A stretch of 64,000 nucleotides of DNA from Chthonomonadales bacterium (GCA_049967475.1 JBMFSQ010000002.1:128001-192000), one strand, 5' to 3'. Positions 27,687 to 37,757 are shown, counted from the first letter of the stretch. Program-made: numbers and translations. The notes: generated by a model not told the origin, from the letters alone.

Positions 27687-28667
27687 ATGGGTGTCGTGAC
27701 CCTCGGTGAGGCGCTGATAGATTTCGTCGCCCTAGAAGCCGGGGTTGGCGTGGGGGAGGCCACCGGGTTCCTCAAGGCGCCCGGCGGCGCCCCCGCCAAT
27801 GTCGCCGCGGGCGTCGCCCGCTTGGGCAGGCCGGCCGCCTTCCTCGGAAAGGTGGGGGACGATCCCTTCGGCCGCTTTCTGCGGGACACGCTGGCAAACG
27901 CCGGCGTAGACGTGGGCGGATTGCGCCTAGACACCAACGCCCGCACGGGCCTCGCGTTCGTGTCGCTCACCGCATCAGGAGAAAGGGACTTCTGCTTCTT
28001 TCGTAACCCCAGCGCGGATATGCTCTACCGGCCCGACGAAGTGGACGAAGCACGCATCCGCAGAGGACGCATCTTGCATTTCGGAAGCATCACCCTCATC
28101 CAAGAACCTTCACGTGCGGCAACCCTCCACGCCGTGGATGTGGCGCGCCAGGCCGGATTGCTGGTAACCTTTGATCCAAACCTGCGGCCGCCACTCTGGC
28201 CGTCGCTGGAAGAAGCCCGGCGCGTCATCCTCGATGCCCTGCCCTCGGCTCACGTGATCAAGGTGAGCGAGGAGGAGTTGCACTTCCTTACCGGGAACCC
28301 TGATCCAAGCAGTTCCATGGACGATTTGTTGGCTGCCCTACCCGGCGTTGGGATGATCGTCACTACGCTTGGGGCCCGGGGAGCTATGTGGAAAACCCGA
28401 AGATCAGGCGGCGAAGCCGGTGCCCCGGCGGTGACGCCTATAGACACCACAGGAGCAGGCGACGGTTTCGTTGCGGGCCTCCTCGTGAACATGCTCGATG
28501 CACGTGTGACCCCGCAACATCTGCAAGATCTGGATGCGGCGCGGATTGGGCCGATGATGCGCTTTGCCTGCGCCGTGGGTGCTCTCACAACCACCAAAAA
28601 GGGAGCTATTCCAGCCCTCCCCACTATGGAACAAGTAGAGAAGGTGCTGGAGATGGGAGGCTGCTAA
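27687..28667 (+). CDS. PfkB-family carbohydrate kinase (fructokinase-like)
   Basis: GEALIDF, PGGAPANVA, GERDFCFFR, FDPNLR, DTTGAGDGF. Confidence 0.92.
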   Translation: MGVVTLGEALIDFVALEAGVGVGEATGFLKAPGGAPANVAAGVARLGRPAAFLGKVGDDPFGRFLRDTLANAGVDVGGLRLDTNARTGLAFVSLTASGERDFCFFRNPSADMLYRPDEVDEARIRRGRILHFGSITLIQEPSRAATLHAVDVARQAGLLVTFDPNLRPPLWPSLEEARRVILDALPSAHVIKVSEEELHFLTGNPDPSSSMDDLLAALPGVGMIVTTLGARGAMWKTRRSGGEAGAPAVTPIDTTGAGDGFVAGLLVNMLDARVTPQHLQDLDAARIGPMMRFACAVGALTTTKKGAIPALPTMEQVEKVLEMGGC

Positions 28668-29629
28668 TGAACAAGATCGGCGTACTCACGAGCGGCGGCG
28701 ATGCCCCAGGGATGAACGCGGCGCTTCGGGCTGTGGTAAGAGCTGGATTGGCCAATGGCCTGGAGGTGGTGGGCATCGAGCGGGGATATGCGGGACTGAT
28801 GAACGGATGGATCCGTCCCATGGACGCCAAGTCCGTGAGCGGCATCATAAACCATGGCGGCACGATCTTGCGCACTGCCCGCAGCGCAGAGTTCAAAACG
28901 GATGAGGGTCGAGCCCGCGCCTACGCTACCATGCAGAGAGAGCACATTGACGGGCTCGTAGTGATCGGCGGAGATGGCTCCTTTAGGGGGGCCCTAGAGC
29001 TCCACAAGGCCACCGGAGCGGCCGTCGTGGGCATCCCGGCCACAATAGACAACGATATTCCCGGCACGCGCTACTCGATCGGCTTCGACACGGCCATCAA
29101 CACCGCCATGGATGCCATAGACAAGATCCGCGACACCTCCGCCTCCCATGACCGCGTGTTCGTGGTGGAGGTGATGGGCAGGTACAACGGCTTCATAGCA
29201 GTGGAAGTAGGCCTCGCAGCCGGTGCAGAGGGCGTAATCGTCCCTGAGGTCAAGCAAGACCTAGTGGCCCTCACGCGGAAGCTGCAAGCAGGCCAGGCGA
29301 GGGGAAAGATGTCCTCCATTATCATCGTTGCCGAGGGCGCTGCTCGGGGAGCCGATATTGCCGCCACCATAACCCAGATTTCAGGCATCGAGACGCGCCT
29401 CTCCGTATTGGGGTACATCCAGCGCGGCGGTTCTCCCTCCGCCCGAGACAGGGCGCTGGCAACGCGCTTCGGCCACCGTGCAGTAGAACTCTTGTTGGCT
29501 GGAGAAACGAACGTGATGGTGGGCATCGAGGAAGGGCGCATCATTCATGTCCCGTTGGAACAGGCTTCTCAGGGCAAGAGCGACCTCGACACGAGCCTGC
29601 TCACCATTGTGGACATGCTCTCGAACTGA
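28667..29629 (+). CDS. pfkA: ATP-dependent 6-phosphofructokinase
   Basis: TSGGDAPGMNAA, GGDGSF, PATIDND, EVMGR, LGYIQRGG; TAATG overlap with the pfkB-family gene. Confidence 0.94.
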   Translation: MNKIGVLTSGGDAPGMNAALRAVVRAGLANGLEVVGIERGYAGLMNGWIRPMDAKSVSGIINHGGTILRTARSAEFKTDEGRARAYATMQREHIDGLVVIGGDGSFRGALELHKATGAAVVGIPATIDNDIPGTRYSIGFDTAINTAMDAIDKIRDTSASHDRVFVVEVMGRYNGFIAVEVGLAAGAEGVIVPEVKQDLVALTRKLQAGQARGKMSSIIIVAEGAARGADIAATITQISGIETRLSVLGYIQRGGSPSARDRALATRFGHRAVELLLAGETNVMVGIEEGRIIHVPLEQASQGKSDLDTSLLTIVDMLSN

Positions 29630-29658
29630 TAGGCACGGAGCTGGAGGAGGCGAAAAGA

Positions 29659-29985
29659 TTGAGGGTCGAAGATTTCAAAAATGCCATAAAGCGTGAGTTT
29701 GGCGACAATCTGGAGCATGCCACGCCCGCCAATGTGCGAGACTTCCTCGATCGCCTACAGGAGGACGTGTTCCACTCCACCTTCCGCTCCCGCATCGTCC
29801 TCAACGAACCTAAAACGACCTATGAAGAGATCCTCAAGGATTTCTTCGCCCGCGTGTTAGACTTTCCCAAGGACGAAGCCATTATCCTGCTCTGGACGAT
29901 GGCTTTCGATCTCTCCTTTACCACGCTGGAGCATCACCTTGCCGATCGCTTCGGCGCCCTCTTCGGTGAAGAGATCGAACCCTAA
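29659..29985 (+). CDS. Hypothetical 108-aa protein
   Basis: GGAGG RBS, TTG start, protein-like composition, fills the gap up to convergent mqnD. Confidence 0.7.
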   Translation: MRVEDFKNAIKREFGDNLEHATPANVRDFLDRLQEDVFHSTFRSRIVLNEPKTTYEEILKDFFARVLDFPKDEAIILLWTMAFDLSFTTLEHHLADRFGALFGEEIEP

Positions 29986-29996
29986 AAGCCGGCGCC

Positions 29997-30827
29997 TCAA
30001 TCCACGAACTCTACAGACGCCACCGGCGGAATGAGCCCAGCCTCCGCCCCTCTGCGCAGAAAGAGTCGTACGGCTTCCTTCCCCGCTTCACCAAGATCCA
30101 GCGTCCATTCATTCACGTACATCCCTACAAACGCATCGGCCGTGTCCCGGTCCATCTCACGGGCGAATTCCATGGCGTGGGCTAGGGCTTCGGAGCGGTG
30201 CTCCAAACTGTAGCGGATGGAGTTCCTCAAAACCCTCGATGCCCGCGCCCGAACGCCGGCGGGAAGATCTTTGCGGATCGTATTGACGCCGAGCGGGAGG
30301 GGCAGGCCCGTGGCCGCCTTCCACCAGGCCCCCAGATCTACAATCGGGTGCAAGCCTTCGGTTTGGTGGGTGAGCTGGCCCTCATGGATCAGGAGGCCCG
30401 CATCGCACTGCCCCTGGCGCACACCCTCCATAATCTCATCGAAAGGCATCACCTGATACTGGAACGGCCGCCCAAGATAAAGCCCCAAAGCGAGGAACGC
30501 ACTCGTCATCGTGCCCGGGACGGCAATGCGGAGGTTGGGGAGTTCACGGGGCGTAAGGGGAGTTCTGGCCACCACGATGGGGCCATACCCATCCCCCATG
30601 GAAGCACCGTGGGAAAGGATGGCGTATCGATCGTGTACGTAGGCATAAGCATGCACCGAGATGGCGGTGCAATGGATGCGGCCCTCCCTGGCCCATTGAT
30701 TGAGCGTCTCGATATCCCGGAGGATATGCTCAAACTCCAAACCTTCCGTGGGGATCTTGCCCGCGGCGAGACCATAAAACATGAACGCATCATCGGAGTC
30801 GGGACTGTGCCCTAACGTAAGCTTCAT
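29997..30827 (-). CDS. mqnD: 1,4-dihydroxy-6-naphthoate synthase (futalosine menaquinone pathway)
   Basis: LGHSPDSDDAFMFY, DIETLN, GASMGDGYGP, LIHEGQLT, LPLPLG, MYVN. Confidence 0.92.
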   Translation of the reverse strand: MKLTLGHSPDSDDAFMFYGLAAGKIPTEGLEFEHILRDIETLNQWAREGRIHCTAISVHAYAYVHDRYAILSHGASMGDGYGPIVVARTPLTPRELPNLRIAVPGTMTSAFLALGLYLGRPFQYQVMPFDEIMEGVRQGQCDAGLLIHEGQLTHQTEGLHPIVDLGAWWKAATGLPLPLGVNTIRKDLPAGVRARASRVLRNSIRYSLEHRSEALAHAMEFAREMDRDTADAFVGMYVNEWTLDLGEAGKEAVRLFLRRGAEAGLIPPVASVEFVD

Positions 30828-30896
30828 CGGCAACCTCGTGGATCCGTCGTGGGCTTTGGGACGGCGCTTCCCGCCGCACCTGAGTATACCCGGCCC

Positions 30897-31940
30897 TCAA
30901 ACAGCGCCCAATTCGTAGCCTGTTTGGTACATGGCTACAATGTTCTCGGGAGGGCTCACCGCCTGAATGTTATGGCAAGGGGCTAATATGTATCCCCCAC
31001 CTGCACCGAGGATGCGTAGGTTCTCTTCCACTTCCTTGCGCACCTCCTCCACCGTCCCGAAGGCCAGCGTGTACTGATTGTCCACCCCGCCGTGAAACAC
31101 GAGGCGGCTGCCGAAATCCCGCTTCAGCCCTTCGCGATCCATACCCCGGCACCGCCATTGGATGGGATTGAGGACATCTATGCCCGCTTCGATCATATCG
31201 GGAAGGATGGCGCGAATGGCACCGTCATTGTGGTGGAATACGTAGGCGCCGGCTTCGTGGGCCAGGCCGATGATGCGCTTCATTCCCGGAATGAGAAACT
31301 CGCGTATCTGGGCAGGCGAAAAGAGAAGCCCCGTCTCGGAACCCATATCCTCGGCTACATACGTGATGTGCACTTCTCCACCGGCCGCCTCGTAGATGCG
31401 CCGCGTGTCCTCATAGGCCAAGTCGAAGAGCTTCTCAAGGCAATAGTGCACGATATCAGGGTGTTCGATAAGGTCCATCATCCCCTGTTCCTGGCCCCGG
31501 AGGTTCTTGTAGATAAGGAAAGGCTCGGAGCCTCCGCCGCGGATGATGCGATCCCGGTTGCCGGACACTACTTTGGGTATGTGGGAGTAGTCCCACCAAT
31601 CCGGGCTGGGCCAGCGATAATTGCGCTCGATCTCCTCCACGCTGCCGTAACCCGCCAAAGGGCAATACACTACCTCGGAATAGACGCCGCCTTGATACTC
31701 GATGTCCCGGTATCTGCAGCCGAAGACGTCTTCCCCGGCAGGAATGGGAGGCCCCACATAGCGGCCGCCTATGCTCACCGGGACGTCTATATGAAGCATT
31801 CGGTAAACATCCTCCATGGAAGAGCAGCCCAGATGTTGCATGAGGCGGGTAGACGCCTCCCATGTTCCCCAGTAGTCCATGGGCGTCCGATCGGGCTTCT
31901 CCCGACGCAAAACGGCGAGCCAGCGTTCTCTGGAATTCAT
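30897..31940 (-). CDS. Uroporphyrinogen decarboxylase/MtaA-CmuA family protein
   Basis: MNSRER...KPDRTP, EDMG, HNDGAI, NPIQ, FHGGVD, GGYILAPCHNIQ, PPENI. Confidence 0.85.
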   Translation of the reverse strand: MNSRERWLAVLRREKPDRTPMDYWGTWEASTRLMQHLGCSSMEDVYRMLHIDVPVSIGGRYVGPPIPAGEDVFGCRYRDIEYQGGVYSEVVYCPLAGYGSVEEIERNYRWPSPDWWDYSHIPKVVSGNRDRIIRGGGSEPFLIYKNLRGQEQGMMDLIEHPDIVHYCLEKLFDLAYEDTRRIYEAAGGEVHITYVAEDMGSETGLLFSPAQIREFLIPGMKRIIGLAHEAGAYVFHHNDGAIRAILPDMIEAGIDVLNPIQWRCRGMDREGLKRDFGSRLVFHGGVDNQYTLAFGTVEEVRKEVEENLRILGAGGGYILAPCHNIQAVSPPENIVAMYQTGYELGAV

Positions 31941-31974
31941 GGTGTCGCGCATGACAGGTCTTGATGCGGAGTTT

Positions 31975-33048
31975 CTAATTGCGCCGGAGGAGATCCAGCA
32001 TTTGTCGGTCCAGCTTATGGCCGCGGAAGTCCTCGTAGGCAACTCCCGCACGTTCACTATCCAGTATGCCGAAGCTGCCGCGAAAATTCCACAGAGCCCA
32101 TCCCCACCCGGCTTCTTTCCAAAGGCTCAAAACGTCGTGCATCCACCGCAGCACCACGTCATGGGGAGTACGGTTGAAGGCTCCGAACTCGCCCACCATG
32201 ACCCCGACACCCTTGGCCTCGAGCTTCTTCCACGGTTCGATGAGGCGCTCGCGCATGGTGTCGCGGTTCCACTCGAAACCGTTTTGCCGCAAGGGATACT
32301 CTGGCACCGGCCACTGGTCCGATCCGCCCACCCAACTCGCCCGATAGTGCGTAATCTGCATGGGCTGATATCCGCGTGTGGCCGTGGCCACCCCCAAGCC
32401 AGCCAATTCGGTGGGCGGGACATTCCCCCATTCCCTCCCGTCGCAGATCACCAAGCGATGGGCATCATGGGCGCGGATGGCTTCCAACATGCGCTCAACG
32501 GTGTCCCGATAGGCCGCAGGGCTCACCCCGGCGGGCTCGTTGAAGAGATTGAAGCTCAAGTTCCTGTTGGAAATGCCCAGGTAGCGCCGGGCGAACGTGG
32601 ACCAATGCAGGGCGCAAACGCGCCGCGCCTCCTCATCGCGCCACACCGAAAGGGCTTCGGGAGGACTTGCCACGGTATACCCAGGAGCCCGGTGAAAATT
32701 GAGGCACACATGGACGCTGTGCTTTCGACCGAATTCCACTGCCTCGTCAATCTCCTTGAGGGTGTCTTCGCGGATGCGCGTCCAATCGCTTCCCTCGATC
32801 CAGCAGCGATAGTCCATGGGCAACCGAACGAAGTTGAAGCCCCATTCCGCGATCCAGGCAAAATCGCTCTCGCGGAAGCGGCTGTTGGAGTGGACCATGA
32901 ACTTCTCGAGCAGGTTGAAGCCGCGCCAACGCGGTAGCTTGCGAGGAGACGGTTCAGGAAGCGATGGTGCAGCCTGAACCGATGCGTCCGGAATGGTCAT
33001 GGAGATGGCTCCCATCCATCCTAATCGAAGCAGTTCTCTGCGCGTCAT
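31975..33048 (-). CDS. Tat-exported glycoside hydrolase family 5 enzyme
   Basis: MTRRELL twin-Arg signal; RGFNL, FVRLPMDY, LNFHRAPG, NEP acid/base, GEFG nucleophile, WALW. Confidence 0.88.
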   Translation of the reverse strand: MTRRELLRLGWMGAISMTIPDASVQAAPSLPEPSPRKLPRWRGFNLLEKFMVHSNSRFRESDFAWIAEWGFNFVRLPMDYRCWIEGSDWTRIREDTLKEIDEAVEFGRKHSVHVCLNFHRAPGYTVASPPEALSVWRDEEARRVCALHWSTFARRYLGISNRNLSFNLFNEPAGVSPAAYRDTVERMLEAIRAHDAHRLVICDGREWGNVPPTELAGLGVATATRGYQPMQITHYRASWVGGSDQWPVPEYPLRQNGFEWNRDTMRERLIEPWKKLEAKGVGVMVGEFGAFNRTPHDVVLRWMHDVLSLWKEAGWGWALWNFRGSFGILDSERAGVAYEDFRGHKLDRQMLDLLRRN

Positions 33049-33526
33049 ACCAGGGGCTCCCCAGGGCATGTTCTACCGCAGCACTCCTACTTCCCACGGG
33101 TCAATCTAGGCGGCATCTTGGGTGATGCTATATTTCATTGCGCCATCGGGAACGCAAATCCCTGCGCTGCATCAGGCGGCTAATGAACCCGACTATTCGC
33201 CGCCGTCAATCGTCGTAAAGGTGCGCCGGTAGGCACGCAATGCGCCCTACGCCTTCGTGTGGCTGAACGTTGGCAGTCCGGGTGCGTGCTGCCACCTTAC
33301 GGAGGAAGCCGCGCTTGGGCTAGGGCGTCGCTTCGCCCAGCCAAAAGAGCTTCCAGAGCAACGGCGTATCGAAGATCCTTAACACCCTACCGCACCATCT
33401 CCCACCGCAACGTCGGAATGCCGGAACATGCCGCTTCCGCTGCCGGCCACGTAGAGTTCTCGGCCGGCGCGGAGGCGGCTGAACGGGGTTCCCGGCGTTC
33501 CGCATGTGCGGCTAGAACCCCGAAGA

Positions 33527-34297
33527 TCAGATCATGCGAAGGCCGCACAGGAACAGCACGCCCGCCATGCACGGGCGGATCACACGGTCCGGCATGCGAA
33601 CGGCCAGCCGGCTCCCAAGGATCACGCCGGGGATGGCACCCAGCAAGAGGTTCCCAACGAGGTAGGCGTTCACATGCCCGGTGGAGGCGTTGGCCAGAGC
33701 CAAGGCGGAAGTGAGAAGCGCGGCGTGCTGGATATCGGTCCCCACCGTCTTCTTCGGGCTCAGGCCGAATACGTTCATGAGGGCTACGGCGAAAAGGGTT
33801 CCGGTGCCCACCGAGGTAGCGCCCACCAGAAAGCCCAAAAGCGCACCGATGGGAACGCACCATCGCAGGCTGCTGCGCGTGCGCTCGCCCTGCACGAAGC
33901 GCCCCCGGCCGCTTAGGATCCCCAAACTTTGCGCCAAGGTCAGGGCCGCCACCAGCACCAGAACAGCGCCCAAGAGACGGCTCACCATCATCTGGGCGCC
34001 ATCACCCAAGCGCATCTCCATAAAGTGGAGGCAGCCTACCCCAAGAAGCCCGCCCGGAATGCTGCCGATAGCCAGGCGGATCGCCAGTGTTGCATCTACA
34101 TTCCCCGCCCGCCGATGCTGGAAGGCTCCCACGAACTTCATTACAGCGGAGTATGCAAGGTCCGACCCCACGGCGACGGTAGGCCGAATGCCGGCAATGA
34201 GGATAAGTGCCGGCGTCATGAGAGAACCGCCGCCCATACCGGTGAGGCCAACGAGAACGCCCACCAACAACCCCGTGAGAGCATAGAGCGCGTTCAT
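33527..34297 (-). CDS. TauE/SafE (TSUP) family permease
   Basis: GLTGMGGGSLMTP, AVGSDL, VGATSVGTG, VGTDI; ATG overlaps the sat stop. Confidence 0.9.
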   Translation of the reverse strand: MNALYALTGLLVGVLVGLTGMGGGSLMTPALILIAGIRPTVAVGSDLAYSAVMKFVGAFQHRRAGNVDATLAIRLAIGSIPGGLLGVGCLHFMEMRLGDGAQMMVSRLLGAVLVLVAALTLAQSLGILSGRGRFVQGERTRSSLRWCVPIGALLGFLVGATSVGTGTLFAVALMNVFGLSPKKTVGTDIQHAALLTSALALANASTGHVNAYLVGNLLLGAIPGVILGSRLAVRMPDRVIRPCMAGVLFLCGLRMI

Positions 34298-35466
34298 CAC
34301 CCGTTTCCCTGCCCCCGCATGGCCTCGATCAGAACGCGGGCCACTTCCGGGCGTGTGAATTCAGCAGGCGGCATCTCGCCGGCTCGGAGCATCTCGCGGA
34401 CACGCGTACCGGAGAGGGACACCCGATCCTCGGGCCCATGCGGGCACGTTTTGGCGGAAGCCATGCCCTCACAGCGATTGCACCAGAAACTGTGCTCGAA
34501 CATCAGAGGAACGATGCCCACCTCCGCCGGATCCAGGCCGTAGAAGATCTCCTGGGCATCATAGGTGCCGTAGTAGCTGCCCACCCCTGCATGATCGCGC
34601 CCTACGATGAAATGGGTGCAGCCGTAGTTCTTGCGAACGAGAGCGTGGAATACTGCCTCCCGGGGGCCGGCATACCGCATGGCGGCCGGGTTCACCGAGA
34701 GCATTGCGCGATCCGTGGGATAGTAATTCTGAAGGAGTACCTCGTAGCACCGCATCCGCACATCCGCCGGAATGTCGTCACTCTTGGTCTCCCCCACAAG
34801 AGGATGAAGGAGAAGACCGTCCACGATCTCGAGAGCGCACTTCTGGATGTACTCATGGGCTCGATGGACTGGATTGCGCGTTTGAAACCCCACTACGGTG
34901 CGCCAATTGCGCTCGGCAAAGGCGCAGCGCGTCTGCCTCGGTGTAAGGTAGTATTCAGGAAACTCGGTGTGCGGGGGAAGCTGCATCACTTCCACGGAAC
35001 CGCCAAGCAGCCTGTCGCCCTGCGCGTAGAGAGCGGCTACGCCCGGATGCGCCGCATCAGTGGTCCTGTATACTTCTCGAGCCTCCTCTTCCTTGTCATA
35101 AGGGTAGATCTCCTCCAAATGGAGGATCGCCAACGGGGAGCCTTCGTCATCCGTGAGGGATACATCCGTCCCGGTGCGAAGGCGGCGGGCATCCTCTTCG
35201 CTTACGGCAAGGGTTATGGGGATGGGCCAGAGGACGCCCGATGCGAGGTGCATCTGGCGTACCACCTGCACGTAATCTTCCCTGCAGAGGAAGCCCGTAA
35301 GGGGGCTGGCTGCACCTGTGGCGATCAGCTCCAAGTCGCTGATCTGGCGACGGTTGAGGCGGATTGCCGGAAGGGTTTGCGCCAACTCCAGAAGAGAGCG
35401 GCGCACCTCCGCGGGCGTGAAGCGGTCTACAAGATTGCCGCCATGGGCGGCGATGGTTTCGCGCAT
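34297..35466 (-). CDS. sat: Sulfate adenylyltransferase
   Basis: [42 protein letters not shown]...CPH, LSGTRVR. Confidence 0.95.
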   Translation of the reverse strand: MRETIAAHGGNLVDRFTPAEVRRSLLELAQTLPAIRLNRRQISDLELIATGAASPLTGFLCREDYVQVVRQMHLASGVLWPIPITLAVSEEDARRLRTGTDVSLTDDEGSPLAILHLEEIYPYDKEEEAREVYRTTDAAHPGVAALYAQGDRLLGGSVEVMQLPPHTEFPEYYLTPRQTRCAFAERNWRTVVGFQTRNPVHRAHEYIQKCALEIVDGLLLHPLVGETKSDDIPADVRMRCYEVLLQNYYPTDRAMLSVNPAAMRYAGPREAVFHALVRKNYGCTHFIVGRDHAGVGSYYGTYDAQEIFYGLDPAEVGIVPLMFEHSFWCNRCEGMASAKTCPHGPEDRVSLSGTRVREMLRAGEMPPAEFTRPEVARVLIEAMRGQGNG

Positions 35467-35508
35467 GGGTCGTGCACCTCGGTACGTTTCCAGAAAGGCC
35501 TGAGGGAA

Positions 35509-35576
35509 ATACTTGACTATCTAACTATGTTTAGTCATACACTCTACAGTGTACCCGCACCCATGCGCCGTGTCAA
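35509..35576 (-). promoter_or_regulatory. sat promoter with downstream IscR/Rrf2-like operator
   Basis: Minus strand TTGACA(35576-35571)-N17-TACACT(35553-35548); inverted repeat TGACTA-N12-TAGTCA (35514-35537); ATACTTGACTA matches the IscR type-1 half site ATASYYGACTR. Confidence 0.55.
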
Positions 35577-35719
35577 CCCCGCACATGGCCTCAATTCAAA
35601 GACTGTCCCCTCCGTCACCGCGCCCAGAAGCACCCCGCATCCGCGCTCCCATGGATCGCTCGGCCGATCACGTACCCGGGCGACGCGTTCGCAATGCGTC
35701 CTCTTCCGCGGCGCGTTCC

Positions 35720-37648
35720 TTACACCTCGGCCAACACGCGCTCATCTCCCCGCCGCACGGTTATTCCGGAGCGATCCAGATACTCCAAAACCGCCAGCGC
35801 ATACCGGCGGCTCGTTGCCGAAGCGTCGCGCAGTTGCGCCACGGTAATGCTCCCGTGCTTGCGGATGAGTTCCTCCACCAGAAGCCGCGCGTGGTCGAGC
35901 CCCTCTCGGTGCGCATACAGTCCCTCACCCAAGCGCACCACGATCCCCTGCTCAACGAGGGCGCCGAGGACCGGAAGGATCGCCTCTGAGGCGGCGCCTG
36001 TAGCTTTGCGCATTTCGTCCAGCGTCGCCATACCGAGCTGGGCTTTCTTGAGCACGTCCTCCACCTTTTCTGCCAAGGCAGCCTGTTCCGACGTAAGGCG
36101 GATCGCAAAATCGGGCAGGCGAACGGCGGAGGCCGTCACTCTCAGCGTTCCAGCGTCGTGCCAATACTGGAGAAGGGCCGCGTAGCAGCGTGCATCCATA
36201 GTTCTGGCAAGGCTGACGCGGAGTTCTTGGCGAGACATGCCCGAGCGCAAAGGATGAGCTTCATGGTAAGCCGCCAAAATGCCGTGCACCCTGCGCCCGA
36301 GATCCGCTAGCACCTGGGAATGCACTACGAAATCCGGAGACAGGAACACGGCCTCGCCTGAGGCGGCAAGGTGATCCAGAGCATTTCGCACGGCCTCTTC
36401 CGGCGCGGCTACCCCTCGGGCGACTTCCGATACGGAGGTTCCCGCAGATTGCCGGCCCAACCAGTCGGCCACGATCTCCACCAGCGAACCTGCTTCCCTC
36501 AGGCGCAAGCTGGCCAAAGTCGCTGCGGGGCTTCGCCGCCCACGGGCAGGATCGGCATCCAACACGAGACCGCCACCCACAACCTCCATGGGAGAATACG
36601 TGCGCACTACGAACCGGTCGCCGCGCAGGACGGCCGTGTCCCGCTCGCAGCGCAGGCGCACATAGCCGGATGTCCCGGGCTCGATACGCCGAGCGCCCAG
36701 CACCTCCACTCTGGCCAAAACCTCCGCAGTGCCCAGGTAGAGGCGCACGCGCATACCCGTCTCCAGCGCTCTATAGGCCCGCCTGCCCGTGCGCAGCACG
36801 GACACAGGCCCGAGTACGCGAAGCGCCGCATCGAAAATGCGCACAGGCTTCAACAGCCCCGGTGCGGCCAGCACATCGCCCCGGCCCAAATCCTTCGCCT
36901 CTACGCCGGCCAGGTTCACTGCAGAGCGCATGCCCGCTTCCAACTGGTCCATCCGCTTGCCGTGGCTCTGGAGGCCTCGCACACGCACTGGGATCTGCTT
37001 GGGCATGATCTCGGCCGCATCCCCCACCTTCACAATACCGGCGCTAAGCGTACCGGTAACCACCGGTCCAAACCCGGGCATCGTGAATGCACGATCCACG
37101 GGCAGTCGAAATGGGGCAGCCGTGTCTTTGGGCTCCACTCGCTGAGCCGCTTGGGAAAGCGCTTCCACCAGATTGTCCAGCCCCCTCCCCGAAAGAGCAT
37201 CAACGCATAGGACGGGTGCCTCCGCCAAGGATGTGCCCTTCAAAAGGCCCCGAACCTCTTCTTCCACCAAGTGAAGCCATTCTGCGTCCACCAGATCTGC
37301 CTTCGTAAGAGCGGCAACACCGGCCCGCACCTGCAGAAGGTCCAGGATCTCCAGATGCTCGATGGTCTGGGGCATGATCCCTTCATCCGCGGCCACCACC
37401 AGGAGCGCTACGTCTATGCCCCCGGCGCCGGCCAGCATGTTTTTGAGGAAGCGCTCATGGCCGGGTACGTCCACAATGCCTGCAACCGTTCCATCGGTGA
37501 GCGTGAGGGAAGCGAAGCCCAGGTCAATCGTCATGCCCCGTTCTTGCTCTTCCTTGAGGCGATCTGGATCGGTCCCCGTGAGGGCACGAATGAGCGAGGA
37601 CTTGCCGTGGTCCACATGACCTGCGGTACCAATGATCACATGCTTCAT
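35720..37648 (-). CDS. selB: Selenocysteine-specific translation elongation factor
   Basis: MKHVIIGTAGHVDHGKS, RGMTIDLGF, DVPGHERF, C-terminal winged-helix region ending TSRRYALAVLEYLD...RRGDER. Confidence 0.95.
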   Translation of the reverse strand: MKHVIIGTAGHVDHGKSSLIRALTGTDPDRLKEEQERGMTIDLGFASLTLTDGTVAGIVDVPGHERFLKNMLAGAGGIDVALLVVAADEGIMPQTIEHLEILDLLQVRAGVAALTKADLVDAEWLHLVEEEVRGLLKGTSLAEAPVLCVDALSGRGLDNLVEALSQAAQRVEPKDTAAPFRLPVDRAFTMPGFGPVVTGTLSAGIVKVGDAAEIMPKQIPVRVRGLQSHGKRMDQLEAGMRSAVNLAGVEAKDLGRGDVLAAPGLLKPVRIFDAALRVLGPVSVLRTGRRAYRALETGMRVRLYLGTAEVLARVEVLGARRIEPGTSGYVRLRCERDTAVLRGDRFVVRTYSPMEVVGGGLVLDADPARGRRSPAATLASLRLREAGSLVEIVADWLGRQSAGTSVSEVARGVAAPEEAVRNALDHLAASGEAVFLSPDFVVHSQVLADLGRRVHGILAAYHEAHPLRSGMSRQELRVSLARTMDARCYAALLQYWHDAGTLRVTASAVRLPDFAIRLTSEQAALAEKVEDVLKKAQLGMATLDEMRKATGAASEAILPVLGALVEQGIVVRLGEGLYAHREGLDHARLLVEELIRKHGSITVAQLRDASATSRRYALAVLEYLDRSGITVRRGDERVLAEV

Positions 37649-37757
37649 GGGCGTCTTCCTGCTAAGGCATGCCGCTGACGATCCCCATGCCCGATGAGGT
37701 AACTCTATCTGACGAAGCGATGCGCAGTCAACCTTCCGTGGCGAAGGACGCCGAATA

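Noticed and set aside
33070..33526. tRNA-Sec (selC) or another tRNA near selB
   Set aside because: No cloverleaf, TTCGA T-loop or CCA end was recognisable here or in the 35470-35720 and 37650-37800 gaps.
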